A stretch of 63,311 nt of DNA, filler included, from Phoronis australis (taxonomy: Eukaryota; Animalia; Phoronida), in NCBI GenBank assembly GCA_002633005.1. It is 10 parts of 10 records of this genome, joined end to end, with 100 filler letters (N's around TTAATTAATTAA, not from the genome) between each part and the next. Parts side by side here need not be neighbours in the genome. Positions count along the whole stretch, not along the records: positions 24,014 to 33,750 come from NMRA01001164.1; positions 33,851 to 37,710 come from NMRA01002805.1; positions 37,811 to 41,113 come from NMRA01003100.1; 7 more parts are not named here. One strand, given 5' to 3'. Position 1 is the stretch's first letter. Each line of letters starts with the position of its first letter. The translations under genes were made by a program, and so were the position numbers. Positions 24,014-38,822 of this stretch are shown here, in pieces. Under the pieces are notes generated by a model. The model made no database searches and was not told where the DNA came from. It worked only from the letters and a program-made list of their open reading frames with translations.

Positions 24014-27000
24014 TGTGTACCAAGTCAATTTACACACTGCACTTGTTACAAGGTGAAAATTAATTTCATGTAAGAATATTATTATTTATGTTCAAAGATT
24101 TAGCGGAAAAAATAATGGGATTACATCCACGTATTTTCACATGGGAACAACATTATCGTTTCTTTGACAAAGTTCCTCATATTGTCATTTCCTAATCCTG
24201 ACTTCTGTTTAGACACATTGTTCCTATGCATAAATTCCAACTCTGTCAGCTACCTAGTTTCTTTTAAGGTTTCCCTTGATGGAGGGGCACGCGCTACGAA
24301 TGCAAATAAGCCCAGCTCATAGGTCACGTTGAGTCAAATCCGGTGAGGATTTTGCCTCACAAGGCCAAGAAGCGAGTATCTCATTTCTTGGATTAATTTC
24401 ATGTCGCGGGCCAGGTGAGATAAGGCTTACGGCATATTCTGCAGCCAAAAAGAATTAATTATTGTATCACCTGAGAACTTGGGAAATCTATTAGCTCAGT
24501 GCCACTTTGCAATCGTGTGTACTGCATTTGCACTGTTTTCTACAAATGTAATTACTATGTCAGTGAGTATTTTTCTCGCTGTGTGTGAGGAACCAGCTTC
24601 ATGCTATTAGGGGCTGATCTATAAAGTTCACTGGAGGACAATCGCTTGGTTCGCACCCATTCAAGTCTGCCCTGGTCCTAAAACCTAGCTGCTATCAGGG
24701 TCTCTTCTTGTCATAGTTGGAACTGAATGAGACCATGACAAGTCAGTTATTCCTCCAAAGCTTGTTACACAAGCCTATTGATCAAAAGACCCTCTAGCAT
24801 CACAGACAAATTGCACATTAAACCTAGAAGCAATCAAACCCAAACAACAGGCCTTTGTGCAGATCACAATAACAGTTCAAGTCATTCTCTGACTTATGTA
24901 ATAGCCTACCAAGTCTTTTTACACCTGGCTCTATACTTGGATAACCTAACCTTTCTGACCCATTGAGCATCTCAAACTATGATCAGCAAATATTTTTCTG
25001 GGGAGTATCAAGGGTACACATTGCTGTGTATTGCCTATTTTAGTATTGTTTTAGATGGCCACCAGATGTCTCCACTCTTTAGAGGGTCACTTTGTTATTC
25101 TCTGGCATGCCAGTTTCTTCTGACTTGCATCCATTCCACATTACACGCTTATTGCCAGTATCTTAGCTCTTAGAACATTCTGTAGTGAACTGTGTAGTAA
25201 ATTATCATCAATTTAGGGCACAATAAGAGGGACAAGCAAAATTCTTTTTTTTTCATTTTTGTAACCTCCAAGACATTCTTGTGTTAGCTGTTTCAATGTT
25301 CTGTGCTAAAGATGCCATCAATGTTTTGAGAAATTGTTGACATTCTCAACATGCCTGACTATAGCCATTGAAATCTGCAAAATAAATCTTAGTGATAATT
25401 TTTGTTTAAGATTAGGGAGATTTTATTATACATTAAAAATTACTTTCTTTCAATTTTACGTTATTTTTTCAAAAACCATAATTTCAACAAGTGAGTGGAC
25501 AAGTGCATTTTCTGTTTTGTGCAAAACCTAATACATGGCACTGATGCCATACTTATATCATTCATACGGAAATTTGACTTTAGCTGTAATTAATTATGTA
25601 GAAGTTCATGATCAAAGTTTGTATACGAGCATGATTCATCACATGTCCGCAGAGGAGGGTGAAGGGGAGATTGTGTTACTATTCATGCATGTAAAATTAT
25701 GTATTTCTCAACATTAGGACCACATTTTTCTTAAGTTCCACAGATCAACGACAGATGTCCCAGCATTCTTCCCCAGCAGCCATCAATTTTCTGCCCCGGT
25801 GCTACAAAAAGGCTATTTCACTGGGTTTGAGTTATTTCGTTCTTTGAAGATTTAAAAACTTACATGACAGTTTTGTCAGCTGAGTAAGACAAAGGCAACA
25901 TCTAAGATCCAGTAGTGGGCTCTAGGTAACATACAAAACTCATCAGAATAAAAAGTATAATTTATCAAAAATTATGATTCTTGATTCTAATTGATCTTTG
26001 CCAAATGAAAAAAAATGTTTAAATCAATACTGTTTGATGTACCTGCATGTTATACATCTAAGTGTGCTAGTTACCCGAGAGGAAATTTCTCCGGGTTGGA
26101 TTAAATAAAACTAATGAGAGAAATCTAGTAAAGCCAGGTAATTTCTACGAACTTATTGAAGTTTGCCGGTCGATTATTCATAAGCTTCTGCATTGATATA
26201 TCAGCAGAACGAAGCTGGTAACAATCCCCAAGACAATATTTCCTGCAGTCTTAGGCAACTACAGAAGTGGCCTGTTTATACAATCTGTTTGTAAGGTATA
26301 TGCTTAACTTGGACTGTTTTGTGTGTGCATTATAGACCAGTTGCACAAAGGGTTTGCATGGAGCAGAGGTTATTGCTGGAGGAAGTAAGTGTGAGACTGT
26401 AGATTTGAATATGCTGTATGAAGATTGGACTAGTTTGGCAAGATAGACAGTTTGATGACAGTTTGATGACAGTTTGGTGACAGGTTTGGGGTTGTGACTG
26501 TTAAGGTGAGTGAGGATCAAGGGCTGTTTTGAAAAGTGAGCGGTGAGTCTGTTTGAGATACCTGTGTGGAGATAGCAAAGTTGGATCGCATATTAGAGCT
26601 ATTGACCCAGGGTGGTGTTTAAATATTGAATGTGACCAGCTAGCATGATATCTTAAAGTGCAATCTGCTCTGGATAACATAGTGTAACTGTTGAACAATT
26701 TATTTTTGCACATATAGTAGAGACATGTGTTTGTCAAGATTCACTTTGTTAGAAGCAAATTTATGTGTTGTACCATTAGTTTCACCCTTGTTCAGGGCTG
26801 GACCTGTCTGTGGTGAAAATTCAAGTGATATCCAAGTGATCGATACCTAGGTTTTATTGGGACACATTTAATTCTGCACGATACTCAAATCAAGTACATT
26901 TCTTGGTAGTTGGCACTGACTGCAACCAGTACATTCACAGTTCCCCAAATTTTGATTACCCTAACTCGACTGAATATCCAGTCACTGATTTATTAGCTGA

Positions 27001-28360
27001 ATATTTATTTAGGAATTTCCGTGCCACCTGACCCCAATTCATATTTACCTGGATTAGAGCCATGAAACTGCTACCTGGCTGACTGTTGACACAGCCCTTG
27101 ATGTTGATTTATTGAGGGATGGGCTTCTAAATCTGATCTGAACAACCTTGTTTTGGATTCTAGTTCGCCTTGTCAAGTCGGTCTCTGACAAAGTAAAATC
27201 AGTGTCGCAGTTATTTTGTGAACCTCCACAATTCTTCGCTACTACGCTAAATATGGCAGAAAGGTGGAATCTTATTTTGCTAACGGAACAGCATGCATTG
27301 AGGAATGGCTATTGTACCCCCTGGCCCATGGGAAATTATTTTATAAGATTGTTGAACAGAGCACATACGTGGTTAAAAATTATGTTTGTGTTGTTTTTAG
27401 TTCACTCCTGATTACCACACAATTTTCATTGTCATTAAAAAAACGTTCTTCATCCTTTCTCATGGCGTTGTCTGCACTCACCGGGAAGCTTGCAAAAACT
27501 TGCATGCAAATCAAAGTTGTTGGACACTAATGGTTGACCTTTGACCCAATCTAGTAGAGGAAGTGTATTCACAATGCAAAGGTCATGTGGATACAAAGCA
27601 TTGATATTAGTCATTTGGAATGCATTAGGAAGTTTAATCTGATTCAGTCTTCCTTGTACATGTGTTTGTCATCTTCATTAAACTTGTGACTATAGGTGGA
27701 TCCAAACTAGTACCCCAGTCTGTGTCCACAAGTGATTTGACGTACCGGTTGGTAAGGTGCATTCTATTAATTACATGGGTATCAAGTGTAAAGGGGTGTT
27801 CATCCAAATTGAGAAGCGAACGTTTAATTTAGACCTGCACTTACCGCTATCAAATTGGTCAGTCACTGATCCCCACTTTTCCGTTAATCTCATAAGAAGT
27901 GATTTTTGGGTATGCAAAGACCGGAGAGTTTTAAGAGACCCGCATGCTCGGTGCATATTTCACGCCGTGATAATTAAGCCGATGTGTAGAGCTTGCTCTC
28001 AAACAATACCATAACGAAGTGTGAAGTCTTGTGAAGCCCTGCATGAGGCTAGCTAGCTCCTATGTGACTTATAATTTGACTGAGGTGCAGTTTTAGGCCA
28101 ATTTCATAGCAGTTAAATGATCTAAATCAAAAATTGTTTTTGTGATGGAGGGAAGGTTTATAGCCATGTTCTAACATGGAATCATTGAGGGGTATATTGA
28201 TTGGTTAAGCTCAGGTGCAGTTTTAAGCCAAGGATCTAACATCCTAATCTTGTTTTGCCATAATTTTGTATCTTGGGAATTTAGTTTAATATTTTAGAGA
28301 GATGAGGCCTGTCAGGTCGTATCCTGTAGTGGTTGGCAGACTTTGCAACTGGGGGTTCTC

Positions 28361-28547
28361 CCATGGTGTGGGTGAGTGCACTAAGTGCCACAGAAATACA
28401 CTGGTGGCCCAGCACTGAAAAAAGTGGGGGCTATAGTTCCCAAGCCCTCCTGTGGTGCACTGCCCATAGATCATGGATGGCGCAGCACTGAAAAAAGTGG
28501 GGCTATAGCCCCCCCCCTCCCAATTCCCCGATGGTGCACCGCTCATG
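28361..28547. mobile_element. Short GC-rich MITE-like insert with an internal duplication
   Basis: CAGCACTGAAAAAAGTGGGGCTATAG occurs twice (~28410 and ~28483); the ends are CATG-containing. Confidence 0.35.
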
Positions 28548-30620
28548 AAATGCGTACGTTTTGGTATCGAAGTACGTCACTTTCGAGTTCTGAAATGAGC
28601 TGTAGAGTTTTGTCATTGATATGATATGGGTGGCCTTTTTCACGATTCATTGTTATTGAAATAGGTTTACGTCTTGACCTCACGGATGCACACCTGTACC
28701 CAATTGCTATGTGAAGAACCCCCCCCATGTATGTCCTGCATTGTTTGTGTTTGTACTGGAGTGAGTGTGTTGAGAGTGCATGAATGTCAGGTGTGAAAGT
28801 GAACCAATGTAGAGCTGTGTAAATTTAATGAGAAAGTAGTGCTTGACACTAATGAGACTGTCATAGCTTCCTCAAAGTTGAACATACTATGACAGAACGG
28901 TAAAATCTTGTTTCGTCAAAAATTTCAAGAAGACAATTTCACTTATATGAAAATTTTGTAAAGTGTAGCTTAAGTCAACTGACACGTGATGAAATTTCGG
29001 ACATTTTTGGAAATACGGTGAGCAGTTGAAAAATGAAAAAAATGACAATTTTGGTCATTATTTTTGTTTGAATTTTAGGAAACATTACCGTACCCTCGCT
29101 AAATGTGTTTGATTAAAATTTCTTTTGAGTTTTGCTCTTCATATGAGGGCTGAAGGCATGCAGTGCTAAACTGATATCTCTTACTGACAGTGTGACGGTA
29201 TGGCAGTTTTCATAAAATTAAATCAGTTTTTGGCCACAATAAGATCAAAAACCAGACGATCGCCGCACAAATAAAAAATGAAAAGACGAAACATTGAATT
29301 GAACATGAACTTTTTTATTTGTGTGGCGATCGTCCGGTTTTTGATTTTCATAAAAAGTGGATGGAATTTCGTGTCGTCGAAACTCAGTGAAATTTTGTAG
29401 CAAATTATTCTTTCTAATTTTTAAATGATTTAGTGTCACCTTTTGTCTGGCTGGGCAGAAGTGTTCATTCAACGACTTCTTTCTGCATGATGTGTATTGG
29501 GTGGGCGGATGCATCTTTCTACTGCATCTGTGGCAGATTGTCACCCACCTTTACAGTTCAACATATTATGTAACTTTTGTAATTACCGATATCTGTAGTA
29601 GTTTAGTTTGTCATAATATATATGACCTTTTATCTCATCTACACGTGTTGTTTCACTGTAAACTAGCTTCCGTATCGCTTCGCAGTTAGCGCATATAAAG
29701 AATATCCTTTGAGGCGGCTGCAAACATTTGCAATTGAAATGACATGGTTTGGGTTCCTTAAGCTTTGTTTTTACTGTGTAGCTATCTTACACCTATATTT
29801 AGGAAGTTTTCCATTAAAAGGATACTAAACCCTGTTTTGGTGATTTTAACTAATCTTCATTCTGTGCTAATGCACCATTGCCCTCTCACTTGAGTGATCA
29901 AAGCAGGATTCAACTAGAATCACATACTGCCTGTGTCAAAGAGTGGACATTCAGTTCTTGATGGGTGGGCTTTCCCTAACAGTTGTGGTGCAACTCACTT
30001 AAAGTGCCTAAAGCCTGGGTCATGCTTCTCTGTTTAACAGACTTTGAAAGGAGTTTTCAAACTTTGCTCCAAACTTTTGAGGGTCGCCGCGGGTTTCAGG
30101 GCATTATTTTGTTTCAGAGAACTAGATGGGAAAGTCGTTTTTAATATCTGCTCATAGGTCAAAGCGGGGTTTGGTGTCCTTTTACATGTAGCAAGAAAAT
30201 CAGCCTTTGAAAAATATGAAAATGACAATTTTGGAAATCAATCTAGATAAACATTCGTCATTTCATTTCAAACCTTTATTGAAAGAATGATGGAGACCTG
30301 GAAATACAATTAAAAGGCATGCTTGCTGAATAGCTTAAGGATAATAATAATGTACTTTAAACGAGATCTAAAGTGAGTAAATGTTTAGAAGGCGACAATT
30401 CCTACCTCTAAGTACCATCAATGTAAATCCGCGGAGACAATATGGTGGAAAACGTAGCTTCAGAGACACTTTGCGGTTACAGTGCAAAATAAATTACCAG
30501 ACAATTACAGAATGTCAGGTGTCCTTGATGCCTTGAGGATTGCGAGTGTTTTATGTATACAATAAGGTGTCAAACCCCTTCAGTTTGGCACTTATAGAAA
30601 TCCACTACTAGCATGTTTAT

Positions 30621-31003
30621 TACGGTAAAATTTCCTGAATTTAGAACAGTGCAAAAATGATATTTTTTTAACCTGTCCTAAATTTTAGAAGTAGGCAATA
30701 TTGGCCGTCCGAAATTCGAAGAATGTGAGATCAAGCATGGCAAATAGTTTTAAACGCTGTGTAAATAATCACCGTTACGTGATGAACTTGCAGAGTTACA
30801 TTCAGCCTCCAATCATGTGAAAAAGCGCACTGTCCGAAGTGTGAGAATTACTGCCAATGCCGCTAAAATCGATGTGTCCGAAATTTGAGAAACATGGTGA
30901 ATACCAAATTTAACCATGTCCTAAATTTCAGAATCAAAACAATTCAGTTTTGGTTTGAATTTAGGTGTCCGAAATTTGGGAGACTGTTCTAATTTTTACC
31001 GTA
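30621..31003. mobile_element. Tc1/mariner-type MITE
   Basis: TA-CGGTAAAA...TTTTACCG-TA termini and several internal GTCC(G/T)AAATT repeats. A related end lies at ~61985-62016. Confidence 0.65.
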
Positions 31004-31747
31004 ATTGCCAACCTGTCCACAAGATTTTTTGAAGTATGTGGGTAAATCTTTACTGTACTGCAAGATGTTGGCAGTTTAATTGCTTAATGATTTGAGAGCT
31101 GTGGTCTTTCTTACATTCAGATCACTGGTTTGAATATCAATGTGTGATATAATTTTAAACTATGAATCTGAAATCAGATCTTTTGTGTTGATACGTCTTA
31201 CTTATCTGTATTTCTGTTTTACGTGACATAGTTGTTCTATCTTTATGGCTTGTATAAACTCGTCTGTATGCTCAGTGGGCTGTCCCATCACATCAACATA
31301 TACTGCTAATAGGGCTCATTTTCAACAACGAGGCTATTGACATGAAGAAATTTCTCATCAATTTTGGCACTGAAATGGGTATTTCACTTTCTAAACTGAT
31401 TTGTGGCCTATTTTTAAAGAGACCTATCTTTATGCTTGAATGTGTATTTGAGCAGTTTTTGATGTGGTAAGGTTTTGGAACTGAGGTATCTGTGGCTGAA
31501 ATGGATATATACGATTAGCAACATGGCCGACCGGATTAGCATCATGGTAGACAGACAATATTCCATTTTTGCCCACATCAATATAGAAAAACAAAAATTA
31601 AGTCACTAGATTGGTTTGTGTACTGTTAAAGTGTCACAAAACAACATTTGGTAAAGCTTCCATTTTTGTAGCAACACAATTAGACTGAAAAATTGAAAAT
31701 TCGTGATTTTGGCAATTATTTTTGTGCAAAATATGAACAACTACCCT

Positions 31748-31845
31748 AGTGTTAGTGTTAGTGGTATAGTGGTAGTGTTAGTGGTAGTGTTAGTGGTTAA
31801 GTGTTAGTGGTAGTGTTAGTGGTAGTGTTAGTGGTAGTAGTGTTA
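31748..31845. repeat. (AGTGTT/AGTGGT)n microsatellite
   Basis: Direct inspection; 6/12-bp periodicity. Confidence 0.9.
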
Positions 31846-32502
31846 ATTTATTGTACTGACAAATACAATTGTTCTTCAGTTAATACTTATAATTGCAGTA
31901 ACAAAGTGAAATTTACCCATGCTATCTGATTGTGCTTATTTGTCACTTCAGAGTGTAACATAACAATTAGCAAAGGGGGTGTTGTTATGGGTGCCTTAGG
32001 TTGATAATCATTGGGGTCCCACATTTTGAGAACCAGTTTCTCCATTGAATAACAAGCATCAAACTGGTTCTCAACAACCTGGACTCCTGCTAGTGACTTA
32101 ATCCATACCTGACATAATGGCAATGAGATCCTGCTGGTCTGTATGATCAGATGCATGACCTACAAGCAGAGTAGTCTCCCATGGCTAATCTGTTGACTAC
32201 TTAAAGCTATAGCCTGAGATAATCCCCTCACCTGAACCATTTACTCAGACATTCACCTTCAATCTGTGATGAATATCTTATGGTCAGGCCTGTTTATTAC
32301 ACAATACACATTCCCCTGACCTGACTCTAGCCTGGTTGTTTACTTGCTTTGCTGGTCAGTTGAGAGGTTCTCAAGTGGAAGGCACACAGTCAAGATTGGG
32401 TGTTGTTTGGGTCACTGTTGACTATTTGACAGTGACTGTAGCCAGACATGGATATGGATATCAGGAGTCTGAGGAGATTGGAAAGTATCTATGTAAGTTA
32501 GC

Positions 32503-32606
32503 TGTGTGTGTGTGTTCGGTGGGAGTTGGAGTGTGTGTGAGTGTGTGCGTGTGCGTGTGTTATGCATGTGCATGTTTCTGTGTGCGTGTCTGCATGTCTG
32601 TCTGTG
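32503..32606. repeat. Degenerate (GT)n microsatellite
   Basis: TG-rich run that produces the spurious CVCVC ORF. Confidence 0.8.
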
Positions 32607-35600
32607 CCGAGGAATTGGGTGAGAAAGATGGGAACAAGGGAATTGGGTGAGAAACCTGGGTATAGGGGAGTTGTGGAGGGACGCTAGGAAAATGAAAAGA
32701 TATGGAGATTTAAAATTGCTTAGTTCCGTAATTAACTTGTTAATAGTTGGAAAGAACTTGATAAACTTTCTTTTCAATTTTTGATGTCCAAATTTTGTAT
32801 TGTCTTAACAGGCAAGGGCTATTGGCATTGATTTTTGTGGAGGAATTTCACAACATAAAATTGAGCACTGTATCTCAGATTGTGTGCTAATTTGGATGTT
32901 TATCAGAACTACAAAATATTCTGAAAGTTCAAAACCATTAATAGTTACATGATACATGTGGTTTGCATTGTCTTGAAATTGTGGCTTTTCTGCAATGATT
33001 CGTGATTGATGATTCCTATAAATTTCTTTTCACAGGCTGTGGACACAACTAATTTCTAGGTTTTTCTTAAACTTTAATACTGGACTACACCAACTCCATC
33101 ACAGACTTTTCACGTTATTTTGTCTACAGAGAATATAACGTCGCCACAAATTGTAGCTATAGGCTGTAAGTGGAGCAGGCAAATCTAAAAGGAAGTTGGT
33201 AATTCCCATAAGAGTAAATAGCTGGCTAAAACTTCTGGCTCAAACTCTCCTGAAGGGGCCTGGATTTTTTCAGAAAACTTGAGAAATTATGTCTCCGGTC
33301 ATTTTTCCTGCGGTGGAGTTCTATTTGAGACTTGAGTTGTAGTTATCAAGTAGTTTCATTTTGAAATCTTGAGTAGAAATTGGTACAGGCTTCAAAAGTT
33401 TTGGATTTTTGTGAAGTACTATTTCAGGATTCAGCAAGTTTCAGTCTTGATTTTAGAGTTTTATTTGGAAGTTTAAAAACACTACTGGTTGGCAAAATAT
33501 TAGTTGATGTCCCCTTTTAATCGTACCAAGTGCTTGCTTAATATATAAGAACGTGGCTCACATCATGGGCAGATTTGGGTCACGTATGTATTTTCTGTCA
33601 TTTCTTATTTGATTTTTTGTGGGGCCAAGCTGCATTTTAATATGTGTAGTGTCACATCCATTACCTCAGTCCATTATGCAACAATTGGTGATTCTGTCTA
33701 AATAGCTAACTGCAATTCAATTTAACCAAGCACCTAAATCTATAGTTGGGNNNNNNNNNNNNNNNNNNNNNNNNNNNNNNNNNNNNNNNNNNNNTTAATT
33801 AATTAANNNNNNNNNNNNNNNNNNNNNNNNNNNNNNNNNNNNNNNNNNNNTGTGTGGAGACTACATGACAATGCAGTCTGTTGCTTTAATGTACACCAGC
33901 ATGCTACTACGGCTTGAACTCCCCAACTAGAGGACTAACAAATATACCCGGAATACGTGTGAGTGCATGTTAAAAGAAAAAATGGGCCGCACGGTCATGT
34001 ATTTAACAAATGGAGCGTAATAATAAAAATCACTAAATTTTACCAATAATACAAATGGTATGACAGGGCCTGCTATTTTATGTGTCAAAACACCAGAGCA
34101 CTTCTGATGCCTTTGATTTTGCACATCAAAATCCATCAACATGTCCCCAACAAGAACATAACGTTGCCGAAATTCAAATACATTCATGGATAATATCAGA
34201 AAAAACACAACAGGTCTAACAAAACACCATGCAATCGTGTTTTACATGTGTGAACAAGCAAACCTGGAACAATCTAAAATAACGTTTGACAAATTTCAAA
34301 TATAAATAGGTAAATAAAACAACAAGAATGGATCAACTGAAATTTTCGGACGTAATAATGTCCTTTGTCAACAGAAACAGAAATAAAGTAAAATCAAACA
34401 CTATATGAAAATTGACATTTAAGATATGGTGTAGTGAATATGATACATTTTTGCGTAAAAAATTCAATGATATATTTTAAGAAGTTTTTTATGTTCAATC
34501 CATGAGGTTCTATTGTATTGAGCTTGTCTATCCAATATTGTTCTCTTTTGAGTCAGTTGATCCATTCTTGTTACCTATTTATATTCTACATTTCCTGAAA
34601 CAATAGTATCCTTGGGAGGATCTTATTTAGTTTCAGATTTATTTTCTACAAATTTCAACCATTAGGAAAGAAAATCAAAAGGTTTAACTTTTAAAAATCT
34701 TGCTTAGAATAATTACTTTAAGTATCCCCACCCAGACCAAACAATGAAAATTTATGTGTAAATAAAACCAGTAAGGAATTTTAAGGTGGGTCCTTGAGAA
34801 ATAAATAACCAAAATTCTTCCCAACCTTGCTGGTCAGTATCAACTGTCCAAAGAATTGTAAACAACTTTGAACGTGTTTGCTGACTACTTCACACAGGAC
34901 AAAACAAACACATATAATTTGACTAGTATTAAAAGGTTAAGAGCTTGATTATGGTTGCCTAGCAACAGATTCTGTCTGTTAATTCTCATAATAACCCAAC
35001 AAAAGATTTTATGTACAAACAAAATCACTCAAAATTGCTCATACTCAGTGTATGTAAATAATTCTTTAGCTCTCATGGAATGACAAAGTTGTCAACATTG
35101 TTTCAAAAATGTTTTTGCAATTGTTTAGTCTTAATTTACCAGTAGATTTATTACACAGTGTCCCTGTATTCACAAAACAAACAGACCATCTCCTTTGATG
35201 ATGCAACCATACAACTAACTATAGGGTTAATTCATACCAAATGTTTTCCCAAATATGTGGTATTCATTCACACCATTTACACATTTTGCAAACAGTTGTC
35301 ATGAGAGACTTAAAATTTATTTCCCTTTTCATGCTCCGCCCCCCAATTATCAGGCCAGCCAGTCAGTTAAGCCGTTAAACACACAGCTCACATGGCTTGG
35401 CCTAAGTCACATGCTCTGTGGTTATATTGGTAATATACCAATAGTGCTCTACACACCTGTTTGGTTTCATACAGGATAACTTGCCTTATAAACCATGTTC
35501 CACAATAGTATGACAATGAGTAATAATCCTAAAAGGTTGAGTAAGGCTTGACACCAGGTTAGGGAGTGGGGGGCAACAGGTCGAAGTTACACAAGAGCTC

Positions 35601-35871
35601 AACCAACTGTAACAACACATGTGCTGCTTATGGTGGAGTAATCTTGTCACGCACGTGAATCAAAGAGTAAAGGAAGGTTGGAAGTGGAAGACAAGAGTAC
35701 AGGAAATAAAAAAGGTAATTATACATTGAATCATCCCATTTATACACAATAACTGGAACTAATTATAATTTGCCCTTTAATGACTTATAATGGGTAGTAA
35801 AAGGATTTTAATGAGAGTTTATTCATCTGCGGTCTCTTATTGTTTCCCATACAATATTGGCCAATTCTTAA

Positions 35872-36302
35872 GCTGTTTATACATGCGGAACAGTTGTCAC
35901 GGTGCGAGTTGTCACAGGACGACTTGCTCCTCTTAAGTTGCATTTACATGACATAAGATCACAAACTGGATCAGCGCCATTCATTTACACAAAGACTGTC
36001 TGCACATGCTCGCATAAACAATAGCGAATGTCCAAACCACGTGGAATACCAGCTGATCACTTATACGCTATTGCGCAAGCACAATGAAAGATGGTCCCTT
36101 TCAGCCCTGCCCCAGTTGTATAGATGTGAAGTTGACACTGGAGCGACTGATCAGTGCAACTCTCTCTACCTCTCAAACCGGTGTCAAAATTGGCCACCGC
36201 GGTATCAACTTTGATCCGTGTTGTGTTTACACACACACACTTGCTCCCGATCAGCTGTTCCGTGTTAGTTCCTCCATGACAGCTGTCTCAAGTGTAAACG
36301 CG
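35872..36302. mobile_element. Harbinger-like MITE (degenerate)
   Basis: Imperfect TIRs GCTGTTTATACATG..CAGTTGTCA and TGACAGCTG..AAGTGTAAACGC. Confidence 0.4.
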
Positions 36303-37810
36303 ACTTTAGAACATTATAAAACCACCCAAATAACATGCATTATTAATACAGAAACATAGGAGCAATGGATGTTCCTGGCATACAGACTAACTTAAAAACA
36401 CCTGTGAACATCTAACAAGAATTGTTCTTGAAAAAATCAACACAACTTCAAATCTCTAAATTGCGTTATAACACGAAGCATATCAAACTTATAGAGAATG
36501 CACCAGTGGACATCTGGTATAGTGATCAAGGTTCCATGTTTATTTCCTTGACCAGAGGCACACCTAATCACAAATCGTTAGGGGTGATTAATAACTGACA
36601 GGACAACATAATCAATGCCTCAGTGTTCTTATGCAAGAGATCACTGAATCAGAAGCCCATTGAGCTTTACCTGCCTGCTTATTGTGCAATAAACAAAGAA
36701 AGGTGGTGAAGAGGAGGCAAGTGAGCTGTGTTCAGACCTCAACCAACTAAGGTAAAGTTTTCAATCTGAGACACAATGTGACAGACTGATGAAATTTCAT
36801 TTTGCCAAATTTCTAAACAAAAATAACATCAGAAAAATTTACTTTTATTTTAGCATGATTTTTACAGCGTAGCTATTACCTAACAACAAAATGTTCTAGC
36901 ATTTCCATCATTGTGGTAAGCAATTTCAGCAATTATTTTTGTCATAAATGTAAGAATTATTACCTAAAACCTTGTTTTAACTATTTCTGTAGTTGTAATT
37001 GTTATATAATCAATATCATTCACATGAACAGTAAAACTCTTAACCCTAGGTTATAGATTTAGTGGCTTATCAACAGTGCCATCGCATTCACCCCAATTAG
37101 CGCCTCCGTATGACATTGTTTCCAACAAGAAATTCAACAGCAGCACCACCTGCTGAGTTACAACATTTGCAAATGTTCATACCAAGTTAAAATGTTTGTA
37201 ATCTGTCACTAAACCACCTTCGCAGAAAGCTATAACTGCGCTACAGTTATAACATTTAAAACCAGTATTTAAGTGTTTGGACCGAAAATTATAGCCTTTA
37301 AAGTAGGTTTTATGTTATAGCCACTTGTGTGTGAACAAGGTAGAGGTTGGTTCCAACCTTCAGACTAATGTTACTGAGTCCTGGTTGTGTTTCTGTCAAG
37401 GTTATCAAGTAGGCCCTTATCTACAACTACAAGTGCGTGGAGTTAGCAAAATATGTACAACTGTACAGTTGAACTCAGTAAAAGTACATAATTATTTTCT
37501 CAAATGGAATCCCTGAAGAATTTGATGTTTGACTTTATACCAGTCTGCCATTAATTGGGTGACGTGACCAAGTCCTCTTAGGGAAACTTCAACAACGACG
37601 AAGAGTAAGCTTACAGCAAAACAACGGTATCCGTGAAATGAGGAAACAGTGCTTGACATAAATGTCCAGGATAAAATCTGAAAATGTTACAGTTTTCCAC
37701 AATGACATTTNNNNNNNNNNNNNNNNNNNNNNNNNNNNNNNNNNNNNNNNNNNNTTAATTAATTAANNNNNNNNNNNNNNNNNNNNNNNNNNNNNNNNNN
37801 NNNNNNNNNN

Positions 37811-38822
37811 AGTCCACAATAAACTTATCAAAGTTTGGCTCACCGATCTGTTCACTGAACGACGAACTGTCCTCTTCAATGGGTGTCGAACTGGGCCTGT
37901 AGTCACTCCCACTACTCAATATTGCTGCAGGGCTGCTTAGAGGCTCTGGGCTGGAGAAAACAACACAGGGCGAATCACTACTGGTTCCAGGAATTGCACG
38001 CTCTGGGGTACGTTCGGAGGCACGGGAGTGAAGTGCCTCCACTGGCTCCAGTCACTGTACTGGCCCCAGCTCGCGAGGCTTCTCGCTTCAAAAACGCACT
38101 TCTCGGGGGTGGCGACGGGGCACTGCCGGGAATCAACACACACGGAATGGCATCCTTCTTCAGGCGTTGTTTCGCAGGGGCCTTCATCAGTTCAGCGTAC
38201 AAATTCCTTTCGTAATCGGACGGCAGAAAGTGCTTGCCACACACACGGTAATTCTCCACTGCTTTGTACGTTGCGTTCTTCACACGAACGAGCCAAGTAA
38301 GCGCGATGTGTCATCATCGGAAAGGGATGCAAAGGCACTCCCAAAGCGCGCGTGAGCCGATATTTAGTACATTTCGGTACGCAGCAACAGTGTGGCATGT
38401 TGACTGACTAGTAAATGAAAGCAAACGACGACGGAACTTAACATAACCGAGAAGTAAGGCGAAGTGTGTCATCCATTGGAAAGCGATGCAAAGGCACTCC
38501 CAAAGCGCGCGTGAGCCGATAATTACTATATCCCGGTACGCAGCAACAGTGTGGCATGTTAACTGACTAGTAAATGAAAGCGAACGACGACGGAACTTAA
38601 CACCACCGAGGTAGAACAATGACTGACTCGGCAGCTCTCACAGTCAGACTATGTGAAAAGAAATTGGCGGGAAGCGCTTGCCTCCTAAAACGTCACTTCC
38701 GGAAAAGCGAACGAATAATTAATAAAATTACGAAAAGCTGTAATTAAGTGAAAAATATGTCTAGGATAACCAACCAACCTTATTTTAGCTCAAAATGACA
38801 TGGAAAAAGGTTGCCTTCGCCT
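37811..38822 (-). mobile_element. 5' part of a Kolobok-like DNA transposon with a frameshifted THAP-domain ORF
   Basis: THAP signature MPHCCCVPKC...LHPFP.../LTWLVRV...RVCGKHFLPSDY...RLKKDAIP (38398 to ~38140). The minus-strand terminus reads TTAA|AGGCG, with TTAA at 38823-38826. Confidence 0.75.

Noticed and set aside
26220-26760. Possible ancient CR1/L2 endonuclease remnant on the minus strand
   Set aside because: Only vague motif echoes; cannot be supported without a profile search
32336-32777. Cys/Val-rich and His/Thr-rich ORFs
   Set aside because: Translations of a (GT)n microsatellite
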